Shown here piece after piece: positions 1 through 12,262 of a DNA stretch of 64,000 nucleotides; the first letter of the stretch is position 1, and each line of letters opens with the position of its first letter. The notes under the pieces were generated by a model. It had not been told where the DNA came from, ran no database searches, and saw nothing but the letters and a program-made list of their open reading frames with translations. The stretch comes from Heterodontus francisci. Taxonomy: Eukaryota. Made by a program: the position numbers and the translations under genes. The stretch covers positions 13,730,550-13,794,549 of the forward strand of contig NC_090404.1 in NCBI RefSeq assembly GCF_036365525.1. The letters are read 5' to 3'.

Positions 1-1945
1 ACAAGAACACCCAGATCCCTCTGTGCTGCACTTTTTTGAAGTCTCTCTCCATTTAAATAATAGTCTGCCTTTTGATTCTCCCTACCAAGTGCATGACCTC
101 ACACTTTCCTACATGAAACTCCATCTGCCAAGTTTTTGCCCACTCACTCAACCTATCTATATCCTCTTGCAGATTCCTTATGTCCTCATCACAACATGCC
201 CTCCCACTCATTTTTGTATCGTAGGCAAATTTGGATATATTACACTCTGCCCCCTTCTCCATGTCATTAATATAGAAGGTAAATGATTGACTCTCTAATG
301 ATTGATCCTGTGGCACCCCACTAGTTACGTCTTCCCAACCTGAAAAAAAAAACATTAGTCCCAACTCTCTGTCTTCTGTGAGTTTACCAATCCTCAATCC
401 ATGCTAATACATTACCTCCAATACCGTGAACTCCTATCTTATGCAATAATCTTTTATGTGGCACGTTATCGAATGCCTTCTGGAAATCCAAATACACTAC
501 ATCTACCGGTTCCCTTTTATCAACTCTACTTGTTATATCTTCAAAGACCTGTAGCAAATTTGTCAAACATGATTTCCCTGTCACAAAATCATGTTGACTC
601 TGTTTGATTACATTAAGCTTTTCGAAATGCCCTGCTATTTCTTCCTTAATAATGGACTCCAGCATTTTCCCAACGACCGATGTTAGGCTGACTGGAATAT
701 ATTTCTAGCTTTTTGTCTCTCTCCCTTCTTGTACAGGGGTGTCGAATTAGTGGTTTTCCAATCCGCCGAGACCCTCCCGGAATCCAGTGAGTTCTGTAAT
801 ATTTTGACCAATGCCTTCACTATCCAGGCAACCACTTCCTTTCAAACCCCTGGATGCAGGTCATCAGGTCCTGGCGACTTGTCTGCCTTTACTCCCATTA
901 GTTTGTCAAATACGTTGTCCCTCGTATAGGGACTGTTACAAGATCTTTCGTCCCATTAGCACCTTGCTTATGAGATATCAGTGGGATGTTTATAGTGTCC
1001 TCCACCGAAAAGACTGATGCAAAATATTGGTTCATGTTATCTGCCATTTCCCTGTTCCCCGTTATCAATTCTCCAGTCGCATCCTCCAAGAGTCCACGCT
1101 CACTTTAGCTACTCTCTTTCTTTTTATATACCCGTAGAAGCTCTTGCTGTTTGTTTTTATATTTCTTACCAATTTATTTTCATAATCAATTTTCTGCTTC
1201 TTTATTAGCTATTTAGTGATCTGCTGCTGGTTCCTAAAAGGTTGCCAATTCTCTGGCCTACCACTAGTTTCTGTCGCTTTGTGTGCCTTAATTTTTGATT
1301 GGATACTCTCCTTGACCACCTTTGTTAACCACTTCTGGTTCATCTTTCTCATTGAGTCCTTCTTTTTGACCGGGATAAATTTTTGCTGAGCATTATAAAA
1401 TATCTGCTTAAATGTCTGCCACTACCCATCCACTGACCTTCTCCTTAGTCTATTTTCCAAGCCAGCTTTTGACAACTCTGGTTTGAGACCCGAGTTTCTC
1501 ACTTTCAAAGTGAATTTGAAATTCTACCATATTGTGATCACTACTCCCCAGAGGATCCTTAACTACGATATCTCTTATTAATCCTACCTCATTACACATT
1601 ACTAGATCTAAAATAGCCTATTCCCGTGTAGGTTCTGCAACGTATTTCTCTAAATAACAATTCCTGATGCACTCTACAAATTCGCCTTCCATGTTACCTC
1701 TGCCAATCTGATTTGTCAGTCAATATATAGATTAAAATCGCCCATGAAAATTGTAGCGGCCTTCTTACGCGCCTCCGTTATTTCCCGATTTATCCTTTGT
1801 ACTACAGTGAGACAACTGTTCGGGGGCCTATAGACGACTCCCACCCGTGACTTCTTCCCTTGCTATTCCTTATTTCCACCCAAACTGATTCCACATCACG
1901 ATCTAATGCATCTATATCACTACTCACCACCGCACTGATACTATC
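1..1945 (-). mobile_element. CR1-clade LINE fragment (ORF2 reverse transcriptase/endonuclease remnants)
   Basis: Minus-strand ORFs 53-397 and 384-665 carry CR1 RT motifs (YLDFQKAFD, SGVPQ, FAYDTK, WQMEF); frameshifted; boundaries approximate. Confidence 0.85.
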
Positions 1946-2282
1946 ATTTACATTAGAACATTAGAACATTAGAGCATTACATTTACTAACAAAGCTACCC
2001 CACATCAGGGAACAACAGCAGCAATCTCTCCAGTAACACAAGGCAGGCAAGGCGGGTCAGAGCCAGAACAGCAAACGGAAGCTGTGGGCGGGGACACCAC
2101 AAAAACAAATCGAGTGAATAGAAAACTCTGTGTAAGGGCAGAAAATACGTGGCGGCGCTCATCTGCACTGGGAGCTGATGGAGCGGAAATGACGATAGTT
2201 CCATCTCTCGATGCTTCTGGATAAGCTGCGACTGATCAATGTGACTGGCAATAAAGAGAGTGGGAGCGAAAAGAAGACATTG

Positions 2283-2647
2283 TGCGGGAAAGAGATACGA
2301 TGGCGCCGAATTGTATTTCTACAGCAACAGATACTGTCGCTTATATTTTCTGGTGCCGGCAGGTTCCCCGTCCGGCTCGGGAAACGTGTTGCTTCTCACC
2401 AAATAAGGCACGTTCTCAGCCGAAATAAAAACAAGAAATGCTGGAATCACTCAGCAGGTCTGGCAGCATCTGTGGAAAGAGAAGCAGAGTCAACGTTTCG
2501 GGTCAGTGACCCTTCATCGGAACGTTCTCTGCCGACTTCGCCAAGCACCGTTTTACAGCAGAGCTGAACACAGAGGAGAGCACGGTTCAGTTGAGAGTTT
2601 GTGGGGTGGAGCTGTCAGGCAGCGCCGTGTATTACTGTGCTCTGTAA
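2283..2647 (+). pseudogene. TCR alpha/delta-type V pseudogene interrupted by a short Penelope-like insert
   Basis: Translates VRERDTMAPNC...YIFWCRQ before the insert and ADFAKHRFTAELNTEESTVQLRVCGVELSGSAVYYCAL* after it; in-frame TAA follows YYCAL; heptamer decayed (AACAATG at 2652); no leader found. Confidence 0.75.
2410..2535 (-). mobile_element. Short Penelope-like element with hammerhead-ribozyme motif, 14-bp TSD
   Basis: TSD acgttctcagccga (2410-2423) / acgttctctgccga (2522-2535); minus strand reads GTT-CCGATGA-AGGGTC-ACT-GACCC-GAAAC-GTT-GAC. Confidence 0.65.
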
Positions 2648-3359
2648 ATAGAACAATGCGTGTCCAGACTACCCGCCCTGTGAATGACTGAATAGGACAA
2701 ATACTGCTCGGATAGAATATTCCCGCAGGACAGGTCCCAACAGCTCTGAATACAGATTTTAGATTTCATTCTTTCTATAATGAGGGGTGAACAGGAGAAA
2801 CCCGCGCAGGTTTAAGAGGCCAACTGACTGTGTATAGTGTGTGTTCCAGTTCAGGTTTCTCCTCTTCACTGCAGATGTATTATTTTTCTCTTTCACGCTA
2901 CTTAAACCAACAGATTAATGTGCAGCTTTGCTGAGCGTTGGGATTATATTAAAAGGGATCTAATCCGTCTATTTTCTCAGTGTTTGATTTCTGTGGCTGA
3001 GTGACGGCTTACCGACAGCATTAATTCCATTCTGCTGCAACACTGGAGTTTATACTGAACAATCACTCGGTCGGGTAGATTTCTTCTGGTCGCTATTGAT
3101 ATCGACAGAGTGAACACGTTCTCAAATAATGAGCAACTATTCCATTAAACTAGCCTGCAGATGATATTTCCCATTCAGTTTGGGATGTCGCCAATACAGA
3201 GAGACCAAAGGAAATGTTCCCCTTGTGTATCCCCAGCGGAAGGCTAATGAAACCCGACCCCCATCAACTAGGTCGGTCTGATTAGTGACAGTGAGTGAAA
3301 TCGACTGGGCATCTTCTTTTGCATTCAACAGTTGCCTTTATTTCTTGGAGAGGACTTCC

Positions 3360-3520
3360 CTCAGGTCAATTAAAGATCAAACTATTGCACAGATCAATCA
3401 GAGATCAAGCTGTCTCTCAGAACAATTAGAGATCAAACTGTCGCCCAGGTCAGTTAGAGAGCAAACGGTCTCAGTTCATTTACGGATCAAAATGTCTCTC
3501 AGATCAATCTGCGATCCAGA
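3360..3520. repeat. ~28-bp tandem repeat, ~6 degenerate copies
   Basis: Recurring ctcagatcaattagagatcaaactgt-like unit. Confidence 0.7.
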
Positions 3521-3760
3521 TGACTATTTTATTATTATTTTTCTTCTGATCAGCAGAATGCGATGATAATGTCTAGTTCGCTGAAAAATGCATAGTTTTG
3601 GTTAAGGAAGCAACATCAGGCCAGTCAGAGCCAATCCCCTGTTTTTTTTTTATTTGATGTCCTGCAGGAAGTGATATAATACCAGCACCGGGTCTTTCCT
3701 ATTCGATGTTCTTCAGGTTCCTGAGACACAAAAAGTCCCTCCAGATCCAGAGCAGCATCA

Positions 3761-4625
3761 ATGCGGCTCTTTGTTCTCGCTGTCGCCTGGGCGACATTCC
3801 TTGTCGGTAAGAAATTTAGGATTTTTGAAAGGAATTAATTTCTGGAGGAATAAATTTCAAAAACTGGACGTTCATATTAAACTTGTATCGAACACTGGTT
3901 AGAACACACTTGGAGTACTGTGAGCAGTTCTGATCTCCATATAAAACAAGATGTAGCGGCCCAGGGGAAAATGCAAAAACGATTTACAAGCATGATACCA
4001 GAATTGAGAGATAATCTATCAGAAACCGTTGTACAGGCTGAGTCTCCTTTCTCTAGCAAACAGAAGACTGAAAGATATCCTGATCGAGGTTTTTAAAATT
4101 ATGCAGGATTTCGATAGCGTAGACACAGAGACGATGTTGCCACTTGTGCAGAATTCCAAGTCTGTGGACCATAATTGTAAAAGTTACCAAAAAATCCAGT
4201 AGGGAATTCAGGAGAAACTTCTTTATCCAGAGAGTGCTGAGAATGTGAAACTCACTACCACAAGGTGGGGCATGAGGTGAATAGCATAGACGCATTTAAG
4301 GGGAAGTGAACACATTGAAATGTTATCACATTAGCAAGATGTGACTAAGACTATGAAAGATCCGATCTTGAGTCAGTGCAGAAGAAGAGATCAACTGTGC
4401 TCGCAATGGGAACGGGTAACGTTACTTCTGCTGCACCTATTGCAGGTATGATTCTTAGCAATTTGACTGTTAACTGTGCTTTGTCCTGTACTAAATATTG
4501 AATTATTACAACCGTTTTGGTATAGTCTCCTCGATGTCTTTCAGAATGAACTCCTCGACAAAGTTCTCCGATTGAGGGAAAAATTGCTGGAAAGAAATTA
4601 TGATTTATTCCACCAGATGGCAGCA
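3761..4625 (+). pseudogene. Leader exon plus highly decayed TCR-like V exon, separated by a CR1 insertion
   Basis: 3761-3806 is a clean 46-nt phase-1 leader (MRLFVLAVAWATFLV|gtaag) with GGAAGT and TATAAT upstream. After a CR1 fragment (~3840-4310) come ESVQKKRSTVLAMGTGNVT-(frameshift)-CTY and later MNSSTKFS; many stops. Confidence 0.45.
4610..4624 (+). promoter_or_regulatory. CTCF-like motif
   Basis: CCACCAGATGGCAGC matches the CTCF core consensus; motif match only. Confidence 0.35.
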
Positions 4626-4939
4626 AACCCGCAGCAATGACCCTGCAGCATCTGTCTGGAAAAGTTGATCTCTGCCAGTCTTAAAACAGATCACTCACAG
4701 AGTCGCTCATCAACTGCTGAGCCAAGTTCCCTGGAGTTAGCTTCACCCACTGGCAGCTCTGTGACTTTTCTATCAGAAATCCCGTGGTTTCAAGTCTTAT
4801 TGCGCTCCTAGAGCCATTCGGATTAAATTGGTGAGTTCACCTCTCCTGAGTGGAGCGGATTCTCCAGCCTGTCTCTGTCACAGTCAATAGTTCGTAGATA
4901 AAAAATAAATCTGGTCACTTCTACAAATCTTAACATCCC

Positions 4940-6075
4940 TTATGTCACAGAAGGAGGACATTCGGCCCATCGTATCTGTGTCGGCTCTCCAAAAGAGCTA
5001 TTTAGCTAGTGCTACTGCCCCTCCTTCTCCTTCGCCTGCACATTCTTCCTTTTCAGATAGTAATCCAATTCCCCCCTGAATGCCTCGATTGAATCGGCCT
5101 CCATTACCATCTCCGGCAGTGCATTTCATATCCTAACTACTCACTGTGTTAAAACGTTTTTCCTCATATTGCCTATTTTGCCAATGACCTCAAATCTGTG
5201 CTCCCTTGTTCTCAACCGCTCTCTCAACCTGTCTTGCCACATTCAACGATGTATGCACAGATGCACCCAAATTCCCCGATTCCTGCACTTCCTTTAGAAT
5301 TGTACGCCTTATTTTATATTGTATCTCCACGTTCGGCCTACCAAAATGAACCACTTCACACTTATCTGAATTAAATGTCATCTGCCACTTGTCCGCCCAT
5401 TCCATCAACCTGTCTATGTCCTTTTGAAATTCTACACTATCCTGTTTACAGTTCACAGTGTCTCCAAGTTTTGCATCATTTGGAAATTTTGAAATTGTGC
5501 CCTGTACAGCAAAGTCTAGGTCATTAAAATATACCAGGAACAGCATGAGTCCTAACACTGACCCTTGAGGAACTCCGATACAATTCTTTCTCCAGTCCAG
5601 AAAACATCCATTAACCACTGCTCTCTGTTTCCTGTCACTGAGCCCATTTCGTATCCTTGCTGCTACTGTCCCTTTTATTCCATAAGCTAAAGCTTTGCTC
5701 ACAAGTCTGTTGTGTGGCACTTTATCAAATGTTTTTGGAAGTACAAGTACACCACATCAATAGCATTGCCCTAATCAACCTTCTCTGCTGTCTCATTAGA
5801 AAAAGAACTTCAGCAAGTTAGGCCCTTTTCTAATCCGTGCCAATGAGCCCGCATTGGCCACGTGACTATTAATGTTGCCCCGAATTATCGTTTCTAGAAG
5901 CTTCCCACCACCGAGGTTAAACTGACTGGCTTGCAGTTGCTGGGCTTATCTTTGCTCCCTTTTTTTGAACAAGGGTGTAACATTTGCAATTCTCCAGTCC
6001 TCTAGCCCCAAACCTGAATTTAATAAAGACCTGAAAATTGTGGCTAGTGCTTCCACTATTTCCACTCTCACTTCC
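4940..6075 (-). mobile_element. CR1-clade LINE 3' fragment
   Basis: ORF 5190-5720 with GVPQGSVLG, NDLD, WADKWQM motifs. Confidence 0.85.
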
Positions 6076-6625
6076 CTGTCAATGCCATCACAATCAGGTT
6101 TCAGACGATCTGGTGAGAAACGTGAAATAGGTTGTCACCATAAGAAGTATGTTTTACCCAGTTATATTTCACCTTTGGGTCGGCCTCGGTTATTAATGTA
6201 ATAGAAACGATATCTACTTATTTTACACTAGACCGTGCGTCAGTTATTACTGAACTAGGCCATGTCTCTGTTTATATTACACTAGACCCTGTCTCAGTTA
6301 AACTGCACTAGAATATGTCGCTGTTTATATTACACTAGGCCCTGTCCCACTAATTACAGCACTAGACCATGAATATTTGTTTTATTTTATCCTATTCTTT
6401 GTTTTTCTGTTACCTGTCTGCTTTTTCAAGATCCCTTTCGAATGATTTTCCCCATCCACTTATGTACATGCTAGTATCTGGGGATTGTGAAGGGAATTGG
6501 GAAAATCGGGAGAAAGGGGGAAAAGGAAAAAGCAGAATGATGGGGATAAACAGAAGTTAGAAGCTCTAGACAGGTAGCAGAAAAATAAACAGCAGGCTAA
6601 AATTATGAAATAGTACAATAAACGG

Positions 6626-7340
6626 AAGATTTGAGCAATGTACCAGTGTAAGTGAGTGAGGCCCCCACGGAAGGATCAGCCCTATATTTGTAAGTACTCA
6701 ATATTTAAGATCTGAGCAACGTATCTGTGCAGATGAGTAAAACCCCCTTTGTGCATCAGCACAGATACCGTCTGTATTCAATCGTTTAAAATCTTAACAA
6801 TGTAGCTGTGCAAATGAGTGAGGCTCCCCAAGGTAGATTACCTCAGTGTCTCGCTATACTCAATCATTAACACTATAAGCAATGCACCTATGGAAGTGAG
6901 CCAGGCCTCCTCTGTGCATCAGTTCAGTGCATGGCTGCTCTCAATTTTTAAAGATTTGATCAATATCCTTGTGCAGGTGACTGAGGTTCCCCACGGTGGA
7001 TCATCTGAGTGCTTCTCTATACAGCATGGTTGACTATCTGAGCTATGTACCTTTGCAGCTGAGTGAGGCACCTTGCGATGGCTCAGTTCAGTGCCTGCCT
7101 GGTCTCAATGCGTAGAGATCTGAGATTTCTGCCTGTGCAGGTTCGTGAGGCTCCCCTCAGTGCATCTGCCCTATCCTGATCTGATCTCAATGATTGAAGA
7201 CCTGAGCAATTTTCTGTGCAGATGAATGAGTGAGGTCCAGCAGCTCAGTGTCTATCTGCTCTCAATGGTTAAAGATTTGATCATTGGAGCTGTGCAGCTG
7301 AGTGACTCCCTCCATAGATCCGCCCTGTGCCTGTGTGCAC
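6626..7340. repeat. ~81-bp tandem repeat, ~9 degenerate copies
   Basis: aagat(c/t)tgagcaatgta..tgtgcag.tgagtgagg units starting at ~6626, 6707, 6788, 6951, 7114, 7196, 7271. Confidence 0.75.
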
Positions 7341-7369
7341 ACTTGGTGAGAGCTGCCAAATGAGGAACA

Positions 7370-7609
7370 TAGATAAAGGCGAAATAAAAAGAGGAAGTGC
7401 TGGAAATACTCAACAGGTCAGACAGCTTCTGTGGAGAGAGAAGCAGATTTAACGTTTCAGGTCAGTGACCTTTCATCAGTACTGAAACGTTAAATCTGCT
7501 TCTCTCTCCATAGATCCTACCAGACCTGCTGAGTATTTCCAGCACTTTCTGCTTTTATTTCAGATCTCCAGCAACTGCAGTATTTTTCTTTTATTGTAGA
7601 TAAAGGTGA
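7370..7609. mobile_element. Palindromic (inverted-dimer) Penelope-like short element with hammerhead motif, 13-bp TSD
   Basis: ~80-bp inverted arms 7381-7460 and 7482-7561; TSD tagataaaggcga (7370-7382) / tagataaaggtga (7597-7609); minus-strand CTGATGA-AAGGTCACTGACCT-GAAACGTT at ~7451-7479. Confidence 0.7.
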
Positions 7610-7810
7610 GACTGAGTACTGTGATACAGAGAGACACCAACAGAAGAAGATAAATAAAGTTGTGACTGAGTGAAGTGATAGAGACAGATACCAACAGAGG
7701 GACAGCGAACGAGTTGTGACTGAGTACACTGATGCAGAGAGACACTAATAGAGGGAGATGAAGGTCAGACTGAGTACGGTGAGTGATACAGAGAGACAAC
7801 AGCAGAAGCT
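7601..7810. repeat. ~54-bp tandem repeat, 4 copies
   Basis: gtgactgagta..gtgatacagagagacaccaacagag units. Confidence 0.65.
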
Positions 7811-8489
7811 ATTGATTAATGTGTATATTTATTAATGCAAAGGCACAAAGTGAAGAGTTTAATAAGGGTTCTACAGCCACAGTGTACAGCGCGCTGTCAT
7901 ATTTTCTAATACACATCTAGAGGAAACCAAATTAACCTCGGATCAAACTATCACCCAACTGTTTTCAGGAACGGCCGAGAAAACAAACTGCAGAATCCAA
8001 ACATACTGAAAAATTGGCCACAGAATAAATCTAGCGGTTAAACTGCTCTTCCTGCTTCTGATCAACTTTTCTCCCCGCTAACCTTACGGATCTATGTGCA
8101 GATCAGCTCCGAGAAAATGGTTGCTGACACCGCCATGAACGTCATGTTGAGCATTCAATGAATATGACAGGATTCATTTTCTTCGTATTCTGCCTGTGAT
8201 TCTGATCTTTTCTACATGTTAACTTAAACGCGGATATTTAAGGTCGTAGAGCCGGCTCATATTTTCATCCAAAGAAATTTCATCCGAGGCTGTCCAGTTA
8301 TAACGTGGAGTAATAGAGTCCTGGGAGCAGGCAATTCCTCTCTCCCCCATCTGGCGTCCATAATAGTTAAATAGGCCGCTTGGAGCAGTGAATCATAAAA
8401 CTTGCTCCCGCAGTTCTGTTCTTACATATATTAAAAACATTAAACCGCCTACTAAATGTTTGTTCTGACTGCATCTTTTTCTCCTTTAG

Positions 8490-9490
8490 CTCCAGGATGG
8501 GTAGTAGCAGTTAATGGATGTGTTCGGGCTGGAGGAAGGTTTGTAGTGGAGTTCCCAGTGGTCGGTGTTAAGGCCTTTGCCCTTCCTGATATCTATTAAT
8601 TACTTAGACCTTGGTGTACAGGGTACGATTTTCAAAATTTGCAGATGATACGAAACGTAGAAGCATCTTGAAATTTCAGGAGACAGATTGATGAAATGGG
8701 CGGACAAGTGGCAGATGAAATTTAATGCAGAGAAGTGTGAAATAATACATTTTGGTAGGAAGACAGCGGAGAGGCAATATAAAGTAAAAGTTACAATTCT
8801 AAAGGGGGTGCGGGAGCAGAGACACCTGGGTGTATATGTGCATAGATCACTGAAACTGGCAGGGCAGGTTGAGAGAGCTCTTAATAGAGCATGCAGCATC
8901 TTCGTCTTCATTAATGGGAGCATAGAGTAGGAAGTGACGTTTAACTTGAATAAGTTCCGCTTCAGCCTCAACTGGAGTGTTGCGTCCAGTCCTGGATACC
9001 ACGCGTCAGGAAATATTTGAGGGCATTGGAGAGTGTGCAGAAAAAATATGAGGAACTTCAGTCATGTAGGTAGATTGGAGAATTTGAGACTGTTTTCCTT
9101 GGAGCAAAGGAGGTTGAGAGGAGATTTGATAGAGGTGTTCAAAATCATGAGGAGTGTGCTCAGAGTAGGTAGGGAAAAACTGCCCCTGTTGATGGAAGGA
9201 TCAAACCCAGGAGGGCACAGATTTAAGGTAATTGGCAAAAGAAGCAATGAAGTCATGAGGAAGAACTTTTTCTCAACGAGTGGTTTGGATCTGGAATGCA
9301 CTGCCTGAGAATGCGGAGGAGGCAGATTCATTCGAGGTGTTCAAGAGGGAATTAGACTGTTATCTGAAATGGAAGAATGTGAAGGGTTACAAGGAGAAGG
9401 CGGGGCAGTGGCACTAGGTAAATTGCTCCTTCGGAGAGCCAACGCAGACACGAGGAACCTATAGGCCTCCTTCTGTGCTGTAACAATTCT
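8490..9490 (+). mobile_element. CR1-clade LINE 3' fragment
   Basis: WADKWQMKFNAEKCE and LFSLEQRRLRGDLIEVFKI motifs; CR1-type 3' end. Confidence 0.85.
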
Positions 9491-10234
9491 GTAATTCCCT
9501 GATACACAAGGGGATTCTTTCCCTGAGGAGGGAAGATAAACCAAGCCGAAGCTTGATAGCTGGTGCTCTCTGGACAAGCACCGGTCGCTGTTACCCCACA
9601 CCCAAGGAATGATCCCTTTCCCTCTGTCCCGCAGCTGCTGTCAGGTAGTTATATGAGGTGGCTATTCGGCCACTTCAGTCTGCTCCTCCATTCAATTGGA
9701 CCAGGACTGATATGCATCTTTATCGTTTTACCCACCTTCGCTCCATACGTAATAACACACTTACACAGGGACCATAAGGACATGAGGAGGCCATTGGGCC
9801 CCTCGAAAATGGTCTGCCATTCAATTGGATCCCGGCTGATCTGCATCTGGACACGATTGAAACATCTCTGCTCCAAATCTCTTCACAACGTTGCACAACA
9901 AGATGGGAACAGGAGGAGGCCTTTCAGCACTTTGTGCCTGTTAAATAAAAGCAGGACGGAGCCATTCGGCCCATCCAGCTTGCTCTGCCATTTCATTGCA
10001 TCATGTCTGATGTTTACCTCACTCCAGTTACCACCTTTGCTTCACAACTCTTGATACCAAACAAAAATTTATCAATCTTAATATTGAAGGGCAGATTCCA
10101 CCCACCCCAGAATTCATAGCCTTTTAGGGGGCAGAATTCCGTATTGATACGTATTCTTCGTTCTAAAAATAGCCTCTTGAACAAGAATCGTAGGAGGAAA
10201 GAACTATCAGCTTTTAATTTTGCTTCTGCATATT

Positions 10235-10585
10235 TGTGGGGGCACGGAGGTGAGGGTAAGGTGCGTTCGACAGCTGATGGAAGGTTCATTTAAGTTTAGA
10301 TTCTCTTGAAATCAATAAGACAGAAGGCGGCTCCCTGCTAACTCGGTATCTTGTGACCTCTGTGGAGATAGAGCAGGAATTTCGATATGTATCTTGAAGC
10401 GGACACCCAGTCCCTCCCTCTTATGCTGTACAAGTGACCTTCCTCAACACTGATCATGCATTGTTTATTTGCTATGATAACTGCAGCTCCACTTCGTGAT
10501 TTGTCCCATGGAGGAATTTTCCCTCAGCTCTTCGCTCACCGGCTGGTGTTCTCTACTTCATCCTATTTGCAAGTTAATGAGCTGT
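10235..10585 (-). pseudogene. Decayed TCR V relic
   Basis: Minus strand MGQITKWSCSYHSK*TMHDQC* aligns with MGQTFRTQCSYSTTETERYDLYW of the intact V 1 kb away; later LAGSRL and QLSNA..Y...RA resemble IGNRF and QLRDTALYIC. Confidence 0.35.
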
Positions 10586-11276
10586 TGAAAAGAAACATAT
10601 AGGATTCTGAGATTTTATACATAGAGGCAAAGAGTACAAAAGCAACAGAACTTTAATAAACCTCGAGAACTCACTGTTTAGACCTCAGCTAGAAAACGAT
10701 ATACAGTTCTGAAAACCACAATTTAGACAGGATGACACAGATTCGAGTGTGTGCAGAGAAGCTTTATTAGAGTCGAATCAGGGATGATGGACTTTAATCA
10801 TATGGAGAGACTGGGATTGTTCTTGTTTGAGCAAAGACGGTTGAGATGAGATTCAATACAGATGTTTAATATTAGAATGGGTTTGATGGAGCAGATAGGG
10901 AGAAACTGCTTCCAATGGCACAAAGGCCCTCAACAGGAAGACACTGATGCAACGTGATTGGGAATATAATTAGAGGGATGATGAGGAGTTTTTTTTTTAC
11001 ACATCGACTTGTGATCCGGGCTGCACTGCTTGAAAGGGTGGTAGACGCACATTCAATGGAGTATTGAATAAATAATTGAAGGGGAAATCAATTGCAATGA
11101 AAGGAAAGAGCAGGGCAGTGGAGCAAATTGGAAAGATCTGTTAAACAGCTGGTATAGGGACCATGCTCGAATGGCCTCTTCTACGCTGTATGATTCAGCT
11201 CTCAGAAATTGCACTCTGTGCCGCAGCTCTATCTGACCGCATTGAAACTCATCCTCTGCCAAAACAGACTGCAGTC

Positions 11277-11315
11277 AGTTTTTGTACGAGTGGAACTTTG
11301 GGTTATATCACTGTG
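11277..11315 (-). other. 23-bp-spacer recombination signal sequence of the TCR V
   Basis: CACAGTG (11315-11309), 23-nt spacer, ACAAAAACT (11285-11277). Confidence 0.95.
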
Positions 11316-11637
11316 TATCGCCATGATCGAGCGAATCCACAAATGTACAGCGCCGTGTCTCTCAGCTGGACATCAGTGACGGTCAAAACAGACACTTTTA
11401 ACGCTGTGTTTAATTCAGAAGTGAAGCGATTCCCGATGGTTTTCGCTTTTCCCTGACTGCCACTGGCACTTCTCCACACGATCATCTCCAGGGGAGAATC
11501 GGGATACTTTCGGTACCAGTACAGGTCGTACCTTTCTGTTTCTGTTGTCGAATAGCTACATTGCGTTCTGAAAGTCTGCCCCATTTTCAGGACTACATCT
11601 GACCAATCCTGAGACACAGAATCTCCCTGAATCAGAT
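11316..11637 (-). CDS. TCR alpha/delta-type V segment, V exon (intact)
   Basis: Acceptor ccaccag|; DLIQGDSVSQDWSDVVLKMGQTFRTQCSYSTTETERYDLYWYRKYPDSPLEM...GNRFTSELNT...DTALYICGFARSWR; Cys23, Trp41 and Cys104 present; DSVSQ, WYRK and RFTSELNT motifs are TCR alpha/delta-like rather than IgH-like. Confidence 0.88.
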
Positions 11638-11738
11638 CTGGTGGTAAGATTGTTAATATGATAATAAGTTAATTGTGAGTTAATTTTTTTAAATGTGTCT
11701 TACGAAGGTTTGTACTATAGCACTAGTTAAGGACTTAC

Positions 11739-11787
11739 CAAATGTTAAGAAGGTGAGGGTAGTCAAAAGGAAGGATTTGAAATGCAT
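11739..11787 (-). CDS. Leader exon of the TCR V
   Basis: ATG at 11787, MHFKSFLLTTLTFLTF + G|gtaagt, 49 nt phase 1, 101-nt intron. Confidence 0.9.
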
Positions 11788-11873
11788 GATCTCTGACAAT
11801 CTCAGCCACGGCGAGTCTTTTCAGGTTGAATTCATTTCTCCTAGTCTCTCCTTTGCTCGGAAGCTGATCGAGT

Positions 11874-11881
11874 ATTTGCAT
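11874..11881 (-). promoter_or_regulatory. Octamer motif (ATGCAAAT) ~87 bp upstream of the TCR V ATG
   Basis: Plus strand ATTTGCAT at 11874-11881; CCAAT-like and CRE-like (tgacacatca) motifs lie nearby. Confidence 0.45.
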
Positions 11882-12262
11882 TAAACAGCTCGCGGCAATA
11901 TTGGGCAATGACACATCACATGCGCCAGTTTAAGCCAATCAGGGACATCCGCTAAACAAGCATTGAGATTTCATGGCATATGAAAGGTAGAGAGACCTAA
12001 ATTTCCCCTTTTCAAGTAATGATCCATTTTCCTTTTAAAAGTTCCGATTGAATCTACCTCCACAATCCTTTCAGGCAGTTCAGTATGGAACATAGTAACT
12101 TGCTGAATTAAAGGCAAAATTCTCCTCCTTTTCCCTCTGGTTCTTTTAATAAGTATCTTTGCTTTTTTTTTTTGCATCCTTCGCTTACTGACCCTTCTAC
12201 CATTGGCAATAGTTTCTTCATATTTACTCTTTCTAAGCCTTCCATATATCTGTGCTCATAAA

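Noticed and set aside
3013-3330. Minus-strand V-like relic (GGRVSL..LYWRH..FTLSIS)
   Set aside because: No conserved cysteines, leader or RSS; similarity too weak to call.
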